Shown: positions 19,221 to 28,587, counted from the stretch's first letter. The stretch: DNA of 44,600 nucleotides from Hormoscilla sp. (GCA_051439505.1 JBFRWI010000166.1:1-44600); one strand, 5' to 3'. Translations and numbers: made by a program. The notes: a model not told the origin generated them from the sequence alone.

Positions 19221-19275
19221 GCCCGCCGGGGGTTCAAACCCCCGGCTAATAGCTAAAGTCGGTTGAAAACCGACT
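19221..19275. repeat. Double-hairpin REP-like element (family A)
   Basis: GCCGGGGGTTCAAACCCCCGGC-TAATAGCTAA-AGTCGGTTGAAAACCGACT; related copies at 35005, 37865 and 40863. Confidence 0.85.
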
Positions 19276-19407
19276 GAATACATTATCTATTGAGCTATAA
19301 TTTATACGCTTTTTGATGCTCTAGATAGGGATAAAGTTATTATTCAGACATTAAACTTTTCTTTCTATATTAGCTGACTTTCAAATTCTTCCAGGGAAAC
19401 GGTTCAT

Positions 19408-19579
19408 GGGTGCGGTCAAAAGTAGTCGAGCGTTTATCGGCCCTACCAGCAGTAGGATACCCTTGTCCTCAGAATTTCAACGGACAAATAATGCCATATA
19501 TCACATATGTCCTCTCGGAATGCAACGCCGGGCACCCCGCGATCGTCTCTGCTGTACCAACTGACGCATGACCACACCC
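19408..19579 (+). mobile_element. MITE-like element of the GGGTGTGGTCA family
   Basis: Ends GGGTGCGGTCAAAAGTAGT and GCATGACCACACCC; homologous in inverted orientation to 19960-20133; no TSD seen. Confidence 0.75.
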
Positions 19580-19673
19580 GCAAAGCCGGCAGGTTGTGTG
19601 ACGGTGTGACGGGAAAAAGGGATAAGAATATCTTGTAAATATCCCGCTCGGGCAAAAAAATTTACCATTGCCC

Positions 19674-19702
19674 TTGACAAATTTAGAAAAATTAGCTATA
19701 TT
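19674..19702 (+). promoter_or_regulatory. Near-consensus sigma70 promoter
   Basis: TTGACA (19674-19679), 17-bp spacer, TATATT (19697-19702). Confidence 0.7.
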
Positions 19703-19708
19703 TGATTC

Positions 19709-19926
19709 AGAAATATTGGTTCATGGGGGCTTGGAAAATAAACGTAACACAAGCCCAAGCGAAACCAGGGATGCCCGGCCCGGACTGCGCAAAAAGCGCC
19801 CCATTTGGGTCAAACAAAGGATCGAGAGCGAAGATGAAGCGCAACTCCGGGCCTGGTAAATCCTTTAATCGCTCACTTCGACTCCACAGGGGGAACCCTG
19901 TGGCAGGGTTCCCCCTGCGCATTTTT
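19709..19926 (+). ncRNA. Candidate structured ncRNA of unknown family
   Basis: Upstream promoter; GGGCTTG/CAAGCCC hairpin; long interrupted stem (AGCGA/TCGCT, AGGGAT/ATCCTT, GGCCCGGA/TCCGGGCC, TGCGC/GCGCA); 14-bp terminal hairpin; no convincing ORF. Confidence 0.55.
19887..19926 (+). terminator. Perfect 14-bp hairpin followed shortly by a T run
   Basis: CAGGGGGAACCCTG-TGG-CAGGGTTCCCCCTG then CGCATTTTT. Confidence 0.6.
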
Positions 19927-19959
19927 AAATAATTTAGCAAGTGAAGAAATAGAAAAAAT

Positions 19960-20133
19960 TATCAAGGGCGATAGTTGGTACACCGGAGTTCTCGCGGGGT
20001 GCCCGGCGTTGCCTTCACGGCTAGGCCATCTGTAAATTTATGTCATCATTTGTCGCTCTGAGGCTGAGCCCCTACAGAGGGCAACGACAGCTGGAATATA
20101 CCATAAACGATCGACGGGAAATGAGCCACACCC
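19960..20133 (-). mobile_element. Diverged, inverted copy of the 19408-19579 MITE
   Basis: Reverse complement begins GGGTGTGGCTCATTT and shares GTCGA.CGTTTAT, GACAAAT.ATG.CATA, a perfect 21-mer GCAACGCCGGGCACCCCGCGA and TGTACCAACT; inner end decayed. Confidence 0.7.
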
Positions 20134-20159
20134 TTTGCCATTCACCATTTGCTATAATA

Positions 20160-21467
20160 TCACTCAGCAGCTTTGGCTTTGGCGTATTTCATAACTTTCT
20201 GATAAGTATCGATCCTGTTCTGGGCCCTCTTATAATTGGAACTGGACTCTGGCACTTGTTTGAGGAGTTCGATAACTTCTTCCCATGCACTGGCAACTTC
20301 TTCCCAGTCCTCTTTAGTTTTGGCCTCGTTGGTTAATTTGCCCGCTATTGAAGCTTTGATTCTCGCTAACCTCCAGGCTTCATTTGTAGCAGGAGGTCGT
20401 GGTGGAGGTTCGGGTACAATCGGGGGCGGAGGTTCGTCTCTCGGGTTCTGACTGGATATGAATTGATAAGACCCTAACCCTAATACTAAGGTTAGCAGCA
20501 ACCCTCCTCCTGCAACTGCCCATTTTTTGTTGACTACTATTTCGCTATCGGGATCTACTACAGTGACAGTTGAGGTGGGATCGAGCTTCTGCAACTGCTG
20601 TAATATTGTTCTGGGACTGCCCGGGCGCTTGTGGTAGTTCTTCGCCATCATTCGATCCAGCAAGTTGGCAAATTGAGGTGAAATGTCGGTGGCCCGATCG
20701 CGCCAGCGGAACTTGCCGCGATCGTCATATAATTCTACTGGTTCTTTGCCGGTGAGTAAATAGACGAAGGTGCGTCCTAAGGAAAAGAAATCTGATTGCG
20801 GTACTGCTTGAGAATCTTGCTGTTCTGGTGCGGTGTAGCCCCCGGAGGAAAACTTCGTCACTCGCCCCTGTTCCAGACTCTCGACGTAGGTGGGGGTAAC
20901 TTGTCGGACCGTGCCGAAGTCTATCAGTACCAACTGTCCGTCAGTTCTGACCATGATGTTTGAGGGCTTGATGTCCCGATGGAAAAAGCGCTGTCGGTGA
21001 ACGTCTGCTAATATTTCTGCTATTTGTCCCAGCCATTCGATCGCTAATTCTTGGTCGATCGGCTGTTCGTCCCGATCGGCCAGATATTGATATAGGTCGC
21101 AGCCATCGATTTTTTCCATCACCAGACAGTACAACTCTTGGGAGGTGTTCGTCTTGACTGGGAAGACTTCCTCTTCTGCTTTAGGAATGCCTGGATGATT
21201 TAGTCGCTGTAGCACTTGAGCTTCTTTTCTAAACCAATATAAGGCTTTGGGATGATCGTTGGTCAGCACTTTCAGCACTTTCATGGTTCCGGCATTTTCC
21301 GAGTCGCTGACTTCAAAGGTCATGCCAAACCCTCCCCTACCTAGCAGGCGAGTTGCCCGATAGCGTCCGTTGAATAGTAAGGGGGAACCGCAGGCGCGAC
21401 AGTCTGTCCGTCCGTCTTGGTTTTGGGCCGGGAAGCTGGGGCAGTTGGGGTTGATGCAGAGGCTCAT
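20160..21467 (-). CDS. Hanks-type Ser/Thr protein kinase with 4-Cys N-terminal prefix, TM helix and helical C-terminal domain
   Basis: MSLCINPNC..CRACG, LGRGGFG, VLKVL, HRDIKPSNI, DFG, GYTAPEQ, SDFFSLG; TM followed by a proline linker. Confidence 0.95.
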   Translation of the reverse strand: MSLCINPNCPSFPAQNQDGRTDCRACGSPLLFNGRYRATRLLGRGGFGMTFEVSDSENAGTMKVLKVLTNDHPKALYWFRKEAQVLQRLNHPGIPKAEEEVFPVKTNTSQELYCLVMEKIDGCDLYQYLADRDEQPIDQELAIEWLGQIAEILADVHRQRFFHRDIKPSNIMVRTDGQLVLIDFGTVRQVTPTYVESLEQGRVTKFSSGGYTAPEQQDSQAVPQSDFFSLGRTFVYLLTGKEPVELYDDRGKFRWRDRATDISPQFANLLDRMMAKNYHKRPGSPRTILQQLQKLDPTSTVTVVDPDSEIVVNKKWAVAGGGLLLTLVLGLGSYQFISSQNPRDEPPPPIVPEPPPRPPATNEAWRLARIKASIAGKLTNEAKTKEDWEEVASAWEEVIELLKQVPESSSNYKRAQNRIDTYQKVMKYAKAKAAE

Positions 21468-21523
21468 GGGTCGCTCCTGGGGCTTGCTCGTGAAGATCCT
21501 GGGACTGGGTGCATCTCGGCGGT

Positions 21524-21593
21524 GGGCGAAGCATTTGGCTTGGAAATTTGTCTATTTATGACTTATCTTGTCCCCCAAATGCTTCGCCCCTAC
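21524..21593. repeat. REP-like inverted repeat (GTAG-type)
   Basis: GGGCGAAGCATTTGG / CCAAATGCTTCGCCC then CTAC. Confidence 0.8.
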
Positions 21594-21856
21594 AGATATA
21601 TTCGCGCGGCTTACGCAATACACCCCTGGGACTGGCATGCTGCCTGTCCTCTTACTCAGTATACGCCCTTCGCGCCCCTATCTGGGAACCCCATGCCAAT
21701 TCCTGCCCACCAGATGGGGGCTTTCATTTCCTCTGTCGGCATCTGCGATCGACTTCTTGAGGAATAATAATCTCTCCAAAAACATCCCGGTCGAACTTCG
21801 CCTCTGTTCTACTATCGCTATGGCCAGGGCCGTAGCATAAGAATGGCAAATCTTTC

Positions 21857-22650
21857 TTATTCGGTGGGAGATAATTCTGGCTGCTTCAAAAGCTGATGTC
21901 TAATTATATTTGCTTTTGCAAGTATTTCCTGATATTTTTTACCCACTATATTCACAGTTGCTAAATTACAGCCGCTGTCGCTTTCAACAGCAATACACTG
22001 TTCTTTTTTGACTCGGACGTTCACATCTTTCATCTGGTTTGCTAACTCAAAATCTAGCAAGTTTTCAGCCCGATAGTTTCCGAAAGTCTGGAGGATAAAT
22101 GTTCCCCCCAGCAAGCCATTAGGAATGGGATTTTCTGGTCTGCGATCGCAACAAATATCAATCAGGGCTTTGTAGGGATCGCCATTTGATAGACATTGGC
22201 GATAAATGCTTGCAGATGATGGGGAGATCCGCCCGTTAATTTCCAGAATTTTCATCTCCCCTTTATCGCTAACAAAAAATTATATATCGACAAATTGATT
22301 GTCAAATTTATAAGCAATCAACCGCTGCACTGCTGCTATATATGCTTCTGTGAGTTGGCGCTGAGTTTTATCTGGAAGACTGGAAGGAAAGGTAAAATCT
22401 GCCAAGCATTCTGGGTGACGGGCAAAATAATGGTTATCGGAAATTCCCCAAATAATGATTTCTCCCTTAAATACACAACCGTCCACGAAGCATTTATGGG
22501 GATAATCTATATATTATTCTCCCAAAATTAGGTCGTTTTGATGCCATAGTCTATCGACGTGGGGCAGATTACCAAAACTGGTAGGGGTTCCATAGATGTA
22601 GTTTAAAATTGCATTATACTCTTTGATTGTACTGCTTACAGGATAACTCG
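21857..22650 (-). pseudogene. ATP-grasp enzyme pseudogene (5'-truncated, two in-frame TAA)
   Basis: Three listed ORFs share one frame: ..LILGE*YIDYP..VDGCVFKGE..FPSSLP..VDI*FFVSDKGEMKILEINGR; stops at 22514-22516 and 22280-22282; 5' boundary approximate. Confidence 0.78.
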
Positions 22651-22808
22651 ATCGGTCACGATCGGCTACGGGGTCGGTTCCGCATTTGAGCACCCGTTGG
22701 CCCCGTTGGCTGCAAGACCACACCCGTTGGGTAAGGGATCTCAACCCAACCGACAATTATGATAACATAAAGAAGAACAAATTGTCTTGAAAATGCAGTC
22801 GAAGATAA

Positions 22809-23447
22809 ATGTCCGATTCTTCTTGGTTATCAATATTACAGCAGCAACGGGCGATCGGGGTGATCCGTTCTCCCCAACTTTCCTTGGGAAAACATCTGGC
22901 CCTCTCAATTGCTGCTGGAGGAATGCAGTTGATTGAAATTACCTGGAATGGCGATCGCCCGGCGGAGTTAATCGCCCAATTGCGTGCCGAATTGCCTGCT
23001 TGTATGATTGGTGCTGGGACTCTGTTAACCTCAGAACAGATCCATGATGCTATGGCTGCCGGAGCGCAATTTCTGTTTACACCCCACACCAATCCGGCGA
23101 TAATCAAAATAGCCCTTGCTGCTGGTGTCCCCATTATTCCCGGTGCCCTTTCTCCCACGGAAATTGTTACTGCTTGGCAGGCAGCTGCTACCTGTGTTAA
23201 GGTATTTCCAGTTTCCGCTGCGGGCGGTGTGACCTACATTAAAAGTTTACAAGGTCCATTGGGTCAAATTCCTTTGATTCCCACGGGAGGTGTTACCCTG
23301 GATAATGCTGCCGATTTTATTGCTGCCGGGGCGATCGGGGTTGGACTCTCCAGCAGTCTCTTTCCCAAAGATCTCCTAGCAGCACGAAATTGGCAGGCGA
23401 TCGCCCAAACAGCCCGCACCCTCATGGAAAAATTAACCACGATATAA
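22809..23447 (+). CDS. eda: KDPG/KHG aldolase
   Basis: IEIT, IGAGT, GAQFLFTP, PGALSPTEI, VKVFP (Schiff-base Lys), IPTGGV. Confidence 0.93.
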   Translation: MSDSSWLSILQQQRAIGVIRSPQLSLGKHLALSIAAGGMQLIEITWNGDRPAELIAQLRAELPACMIGAGTLLTSEQIHDAMAAGAQFLFTPHTNPAIIKIALAAGVPIIPGALSPTEIVTAWQAAATCVKVFPVSAAGGVTYIKSLQGPLGQIPLIPTGGVTLDNAADFIAAGAIGVGLSSSLFPKDLLAARNWQAIAQTARTLMEKLTTI

Positions 23448-23451
23448 AATT

Positions 23452-24141
23452 ATGCGCATTCTGGCTATTGGCGACATTCACGGTTGTGCCACCGCCTTGG
23501 ATACCCTGCTAGCAGCAGTTGCACCCCAAAGAGAAGATACCATCGTTACCCTGGGAGACTATGTCGATCGGGGACCGGACTCAAAAGGAGTTCTCGATCG
23601 GCTGATATCTTTGCACGAAACAGGTAGGTTGGTAGCTTTACGGGGCAATCACGAACTGGTAATGCTGAAAGTAGCATCCAGCAGCCAATATGAATCCTGT
23701 TGGCGGAGACTAGGTGGCGAAGAAACCCTCGATTCTTATTCTAACTCCGGACAGGGTAAAATAACAGACATCCCCAGAGAACATTGGCACTTTATCAAAA
23801 ATGTCTGCCGGGACTACTGGGAAAGCGATCGGCATTTTTTCGTTCACGCCAACGCCGATCCTCAGAAACCCTTGCATCAGCAATCCGAGGACATGCTATA
23901 CTGGGAAAAGTTCCGCAACCCAGCACCCCATTTTTCTGGCAAAACTATGGTCTGCGGACATACCAGCCAAAAAAGTGGTTTCCCTGTAAATATCGGTCAC
24001 GCCATCTGCATCGATACCAGAATTTATGATAACGGTTGGTTAACTTGTCTGGACGTAACCAGTGGCAAAGTTTGGCAGGCCAACGAACGAGGTCAGCAGC
24101 GAACCGCTAGCATTGATGAATTTAAGCAAACTCCGCCCTGA
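23452..24141 (+). CDS. Calcineurin-like metallophosphoesterase (PPP-type Ser/Thr phosphatase-like)
   Basis: GDIHG, GDYVDRG, RGNHE, FVHA, CGHT, IDT motifs. Confidence 0.92.
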   Translation: MRILAIGDIHGCATALDTLLAAVAPQREDTIVTLGDYVDRGPDSKGVLDRLISLHETGRLVALRGNHELVMLKVASSSQYESCWRRLGGEETLDSYSNSGQGKITDIPREHWHFIKNVCRDYWESDRHFFVHANADPQKPLHQQSEDMLYWEKFRNPAPHFSGKTMVCGHTSQKSGFPVNIGHAICIDTRIYDNGWLTCLDVTSGKVWQANERGQQRTASIDEFKQTPP

Positions 24142-24148
24142 CTCTAAA

Positions 24149-24233
24149 GCGGCTCATTTGTAGTTGTATTAGTAGGGTGGGCACCGCCCACCATCCGCAG
24201 GCCAACAACGACCAACCGGTTTTGACCACACCC
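24149..24233. mobile_element. Degenerate GGGTGTGGTCA-family MITE carrying a GTAGGGTGGGCACCGCCCAC REP
   Basis: Right end GGTTTTGACCACACCC; decayed left end GCGGCTCATTTGTAGTTG; REP at 24172-24191. Confidence 0.55.
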
Positions 24234-24352
24234 TAGTGAGATGGACTCTTGAAGTTGACTGAGTATAAAGATATGATTAAAAATCCGGATAATTCCTTGA
24301 CAAACAATCTAAATAAAAGTTATAAATAAGTAAAGAGAGTTATTATAGCAAA

Positions 24353-25378
24353 ATGTCAAAAATAAAATTTTTGTATGCAATACCGATCGTCCTGGCAGTA
24401 ACTAGCGGCGTCACCCTCGATTTCACCGGTGATGACGGTGGCCAGATAAGCACGAATCTGGAAGCTTATGCTAAAAGTAGTGGCGGACGCAGCAGAGGAG
24501 GTTCCTTCCGCAGAAGTTCTCCTCCTTCTCGTTCCGGTTCTCGCAATTCCGGTTCTCGCAATTCCGGTTCTCGTAGTTCCGGTTCTGATTCCTACAGGAA
24601 TAATGACGGGCGTTCCTACAGGAATGATGATGGAGGTTACTATCATCCAACTCCTATTTATGGGGGGAGGAGATATTACGGTTATTCATGGGGATTTTTC
24701 TGGTTGTATCTGTTGCTATTCCTGGCAGGGATAGCAGGATTGATATTAGTCATATACCTGTTCCAACAGTTCGTAAATCGCCCCAAATCATCGGTACCCA
24801 AAGAACTTGCCAATGATATTGTCACGGTAAGTAAGTTACAAGTGGCGCTGCTGGGAAATGCGAAAATGGTGCAGTCAGAAATATCGGAATTGATCGGCAA
24901 TGCCGATCTATCTAGTTCGGAAGGTCTGGCAGAACAGTTACAAGAGGCGGCGCTAGTCTTGCTACGAAATTCCGATAGTTGGAGTCACGTTTTGGCTAGT
25001 TCCCAGAAGGTCAAGGGTCGGGAAAAAGCAGAAGTGGTCTTCCAGGAATTCTCGGTGGCCGAACGCAGCAAGTTTAGTTCGGAAACCCTTTCTAATGTTA
25101 ACGGTCAAATCAAGGAACGGGAAGCTGTAAGTCCAGAGTACGATGAAACAGCAGATTACATTGTCGTCACCTTGTTGGTGGGGACAGAAGATGATAAACC
25201 CCTGTTTGCAGAGGTGAATACATTTGGGGAGTTAGAGTCTGCCTTACAGCGGATAGCAGCAACTCCCCCAGATTATCTGCTGACTTTTGAACTGCTGATC
25301 TCTCCTCAAGAAGAGTCCGACTGTCTTACCTACGATGAACTCTTAACTGAGTACCAAGATATGAAGCAATTGCTTTAG
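24353..25378 (+). CDS. DUF1517 domain membrane protein
   Basis: SSGGRSRGGSF, S/G-rich linker, TM, VTVSKLQVALL, LQEAALVLLR, ERSKFSSETLSNVNG, YIVVTLLV, LTYDELLTEY. Confidence 0.9.
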   Translation: MSKIKFLYAIPIVLAVTSGVTLDFTGDDGGQISTNLEAYAKSSGGRSRGGSFRRSSPPSRSGSRNSGSRNSGSRSSGSDSYRNNDGRSYRNDDGGYYHPTPIYGGRRYYGYSWGFFWLYLLLFLAGIAGLILVIYLFQQFVNRPKSSVPKELANDIVTVSKLQVALLGNAKMVQSEISELIGNADLSSSEGLAEQLQEAALVLLRNSDSWSHVLASSQKVKGREKAEVVFQEFSVAERSKFSSETLSNVNGQIKEREAVSPEYDETADYIVVTLLVGTEDDKPLFAEVNTFGELESALQRIAATPPDYLLTFELLISPQEESDCLTYDELLTEYQDMKQLL

Positions 25379-25912
25379 CTATCCGTAGCCGTAATTGTAG
25401 GGTAATTTAACGCCCGATCGGTCAATGATCGCCCAATGCATTGATGGAGTATAGCGGTCGAGAACCAAACGAAATATCCAGTTATCCTCGACAGTTTCCC
25501 CATTTTCTGGCAGGTATTGGTAGTCGGGCGTACATAAAATCATCTTAGATGTGGGGTCGTTCATCCACGATCGCACCATTTCGGTAGCAGCAGGGGCAAT
25601 TTGAACATCATACTCCAGATCGGAATTTGAGTCATGCATCCAGTCACGAATTAGATCGCTAGTATTAATCTTATCTGGAACTGGAACATCAGGCAAATCA
25701 AATGCCCCGGGATCTGCTAGAATAGTTCCTACAGGAGAATCATAGTTTCTGCCATCTTCCAGAAAGCTTTGGATGCCCTGCTTCAGGGCCTCAAGAAAAA
25801 TTACCTTGCCCCCAGTCCGATCTGCAATGGTAGGTGGATCGGCCTCAACTACCAATTGAGGTACGCCGAAAGCCCCTTTGATATCTGATATTGTTTCCAT
25901 TGCTTGTCTCAT
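25379..25912 (-). CDS. Hypothetical protein
   Basis: 177-aa ORF with protein-like composition filling the gap; no family recognised. Confidence 0.65.
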   Translation of the reverse strand: MRQAMETISDIKGAFGVPQLVVEADPPTIADRTGGKVIFLEALKQGIQSFLEDGRNYDSPVGTILADPGAFDLPDVPVPDKINTSDLIRDWMHDSNSDLEYDVQIAPAATEMVRSWMNDPTSKMILCTPDYQYLPENGETVEDNWIFRLVLDRYTPSMHWAIIDRSGVKLPYNYGYG

Positions 25913-25994
25913 CCAGCTATTCTCTAATCAAAAATATCGCCTAAGTAGAGTAAAGAGTGCATTGTTTTTGTTAATTATTTAATGATATCAATGG

Positions 25995-26013
25995 TGGGCG
26001 GTGCCCACCCTAC
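25995..26013. repeat. REP-like palindrome GTGGGCGGTGCCCACCCTAC
   Basis: Same unit as at 24172 (inverted) and in the 42313-42478 tandem array. Confidence 0.8.
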
Positions 26014-26015
26014 GT

Positions 26016-27596
26016 CTAGGTTAGCTGTACGACTGGTTTATCTTGTAATAAAGTTTGATTGGTCAGCAAGTCCTCTACTGTGATCCGCAGGAAACGCCGA
26101 TCGTCCACCCGAAATAGCACCTTTACCCGATCGCTGCCGGGATGTCCTGGTGGCGTTAACTGGGCGATCGTCCGCGCCCCCTCCCGATCGTTCAAGGGTT
26201 GCACGTTCTGTTCATCGCTGGCTAGAATGCGGGTAATCAGGCGATCGCCATCAAAATAGACCTCAGTGGCACCAGTTTGGGCCCCCAATTCTCCCAGAAT
26301 CAATTCAATTTGGGGCTGATTTTCCACCGAAGCACCCAAGGTTAATTCTACAGGTTCCCTCATGGGATAGGGCTGTCCCTCCTTCACGATCGGATGCCAA
26401 CTGTGGCGTTTATTGCGCCGGTTCCAGTAGCGAATGCCGTAACTGTGATAGAGAAAATCTTTCAGTTCGACGCCTTGTACTAATTGTAATGCACCTTGGG
26501 CGATCGCCTCAAAAGGTTTTTCGCATCTAACTTTATCTTTGTCAAAATACTGCTGTACCCAACTCTGGACTGCGGGAATTTGCACCGTCCCCCCCACCAG
26601 CAACACCCCATCAATATCCGCCACCTCCAACCCTTGTCGCTTTGCTTGCTGCAACAGCTGGTTCATCGCCTCATCCAACTGCTGGAAAAACTGATGCCTG
26701 GTTAAAATCTCATTAAAGCGATCGCGATCGAGTGCCAACTCATAACTTTCCATCTTTTCGACATCAAAGTAAACCTCACTGGCCTTCTTTGTCAAAGACA
26801 ACTGAATTTTCAACTTTTCTGCCAACCGCGCAGTCAAAGGCGATTTCACCAACCCCTGAGTCTCAGCAAAATAATCCACCAACCAATTATCGATATCAGA
26901 ACCGCCCAAATTTTGTCCCGCCTTCGCCAACACCCGGGCCGTTTTCACCTTTTGTCCCGACTTTTCCGCGAAGGACTTCTCCCCCCACTTGAGAATAAAC
27001 CCCAAGGGATTTTTCTCCAGACTGCTATCCAACCGCACCAGGGACAAGTCCAGAGTGCCGCCGCCGAAATCAACCACTAGCAAAATTTCCTGATTTGCCA
27101 TCCCATAACCCAAAGCAGCAGCAGTCGGTTCGTCCAACATCCGCACCCGTTCGGTGGATAACCCTTGACAGACCTTACCCAACCAATGGCGGTAAGCTTC
27201 AAAACTATCCACCGGCACCGTTAACACCAGGGAATCTTCCGTGTTGAGTTGCTGTAGAATCTGGGTCAGGAACCACTCTCCCACTTGCTCAAAGGTGAGG
27301 GTGACTCCATCAAGTTCTGGCATAAATCCCTGAATCTGGGTACCTATGCCCCGCTTAAAGTTGCGGAAAAAGCGGGCATCCGAACTGATGTCCAAACCCT
27401 TGTCCCGCACTTGCTGCCCCAGCAATACCTTACCCTGTTGGGCCTCTTCCACATATACTAAACTGGGGATTAGCGGCGGATTTTGCCCCTGAATCAGGGA
27501 AAATCCCGGTAATTTCAGGGTTTCCGGCTGTTGAGTGACCGGGTTCCAGCGGGCAATTACCGTGTTACTCGTACCAAAATCGATCGCGATCGCCAT
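26016..27596 (-). CDS. Hsp70 family protein (atypical cyanobacterial DnaK-like)
   Basis: IAIDFGTSNT, LDEPTAAALGYG, VVDFGGGTLD, LGGSDID, LLVGG. Confidence 0.92.
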   Translation of the reverse strand: MAIAIDFGTSNTVIARWNPVTQQPETLKLPGFSLIQGQNPPLIPSLVYVEEAQQGKVLLGQQVRDKGLDISSDARFFRNFKRGIGTQIQGFMPELDGVTLTFEQVGEWFLTQILQQLNTEDSLVLTVPVDSFEAYRHWLGKVCQGLSTERVRMLDEPTAAALGYGMANQEILLVVDFGGGTLDLSLVRLDSSLEKNPLGFILKWGEKSFAEKSGQKVKTARVLAKAGQNLGGSDIDNWLVDYFAETQGLVKSPLTARLAEKLKIQLSLTKKASEVYFDVEKMESYELALDRDRFNEILTRHQFFQQLDEAMNQLLQQAKRQGLEVADIDGVLLVGGTVQIPAVQSWVQQYFDKDKVRCEKPFEAIAQGALQLVQGVELKDFLYHSYGIRYWNRRNKRHSWHPIVKEGQPYPMREPVELTLGASVENQPQIELILGELGAQTGATEVYFDGDRLITRILASDEQNVQPLNDREGARTIAQLTPPGHPGSDRVKVLFRVDDRRFLRITVEDLLTNQTLLQDKPVVQLT

Positions 27597-27899
27597 GCCA
27601 TGTTTCCGATAAGCAGCTACCGGGGAATATCTTAGCTCAACCGGTCAAACTTGCACAAGACCCATACCTCATTCGCCGATCGCCAGTCACCCGTCATCAG
27701 ATATCTCAGTATCTTCCTGGTATGATTTTCTTGTTAATCTATCCAAATAATTACGGTTTTGAGTTACACTAGAACCAAGTATAAAGATTTATGAATGCCA
27801 GTGTGAAGAAAATTCAACTGGTAGCACTAGCATTTGTTCCAGCTTGAGTTGTATGCTGGGCTGTGAGCTAAAAAGTAGTTAGAGAGGAGATTTCACGCA

Positions 27900-28499
27900 A
27901 TGGCATACGAACTGCCCTCATTGCCTTACGATTATACGGCCCTAGAACCTCACATCTCCAAATCTACCCTGGAGTTCCATCACGACAAACACCACGCCGC
28001 TTACGTGAAGAAGTATAATGACGCGGTCAGTGGCACGGACCTGGACTCTAAGCCGATCGAGGAAGTGATCAAGCAAGTCGCTGGCGACCCTTCCAAAGCT
28101 GGTCTGTTCAATAATGCCGCCCAAGCATGGAACCACAGCTTCTACTGGGACTGCATGAAAGCTGGTGGTGGCGGCACTCCCACTGGCGACTTGGCCAAGA
28201 AAATAGATGCTGACTTCGGCAGCTTTGACAAGTTCGTAGAAGAATTCAAAAGCGCTGGGGCCACGCAGTTTGGTAGTGGTTGGGCTTGGCTAGTCTTGGA
28301 TGGCGGTACTCTGAAAGTGACCAAGACCCCAAACGCCGAAAACCCCATGACCGAGGGCAAAACCCCCCTACTGACGATGGATGTCTGGGAACATGCCTAT
28401 TACCTGGATTTCCAGAACAAGCGTCCCGACTATATCAGTACATTCCTGAGCAGTCTGGTCAACTGGGATTTCGTCGCCGAAAATTTGGCTAAGGCTTAA
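27900..28499 (+). CDS. sodB: Fe superoxide dismutase
   Basis: HHDKHH, FNNAAQAWNHSFYW (Fe-type), FGSGWAWL, DVWEHAYY; GGAG RBS. Confidence 0.96.
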   Translation: MAYELPSLPYDYTALEPHISKSTLEFHHDKHHAAYVKKYNDAVSGTDLDSKPIEEVIKQVAGDPSKAGLFNNAAQAWNHSFYWDCMKAGGGGTPTGDLAKKIDADFGSFDKFVEEFKSAGATQFGSGWAWLVLDGGTLKVTKTPNAENPMTEGKTPLLTMDVWEHAYYLDFQNKRPDYISTFLSSLVNWDFVAENLAKA

Positions 28500-28534
28500 T
28501 CTCTACTAACGGCGGATTTGAGATCCTGAATGAA

Positions 28535-28580
28535 TGGTCTGAGAACACCTTTTCACCCCTAGGGAGGGGTTCTCAAACCA
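28535..28580 (+). terminator. Hairpin after sodB
   Basis: TGGTCTGAGAACACCT / AGGGGTTCTCAAACCA imperfect stem. Confidence 0.5.
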
Positions 28581-28587
28581 TGTCAGT

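Noticed and set aside
19709..19926. 6S RNA or retron msr-msd
   Set aside because: Rod-like, but no resemblance to cyanobacterial 6S that I can recognise and no RT nearby; left as unknown pending an Rfam search
19668..19940. Three short overlapping ORFs (63-77 aa)
   Set aside because: Weak starts, no RBS or recognisable motif; they run through a promoter and GC-rich hairpins
21720..21840. VFGEIIIPQEV peptide resembling a PIN/DUF3368 fragment
   Set aside because: Too short, with no start codon or further motifs
21857..22650. TAA-to-Glu stop-codon recoding
   Set aside because: TAA terminates many intact genes here (ftsH, sodB, ycf66) and the gene also lacks its 5' part; pseudogenisation is simpler
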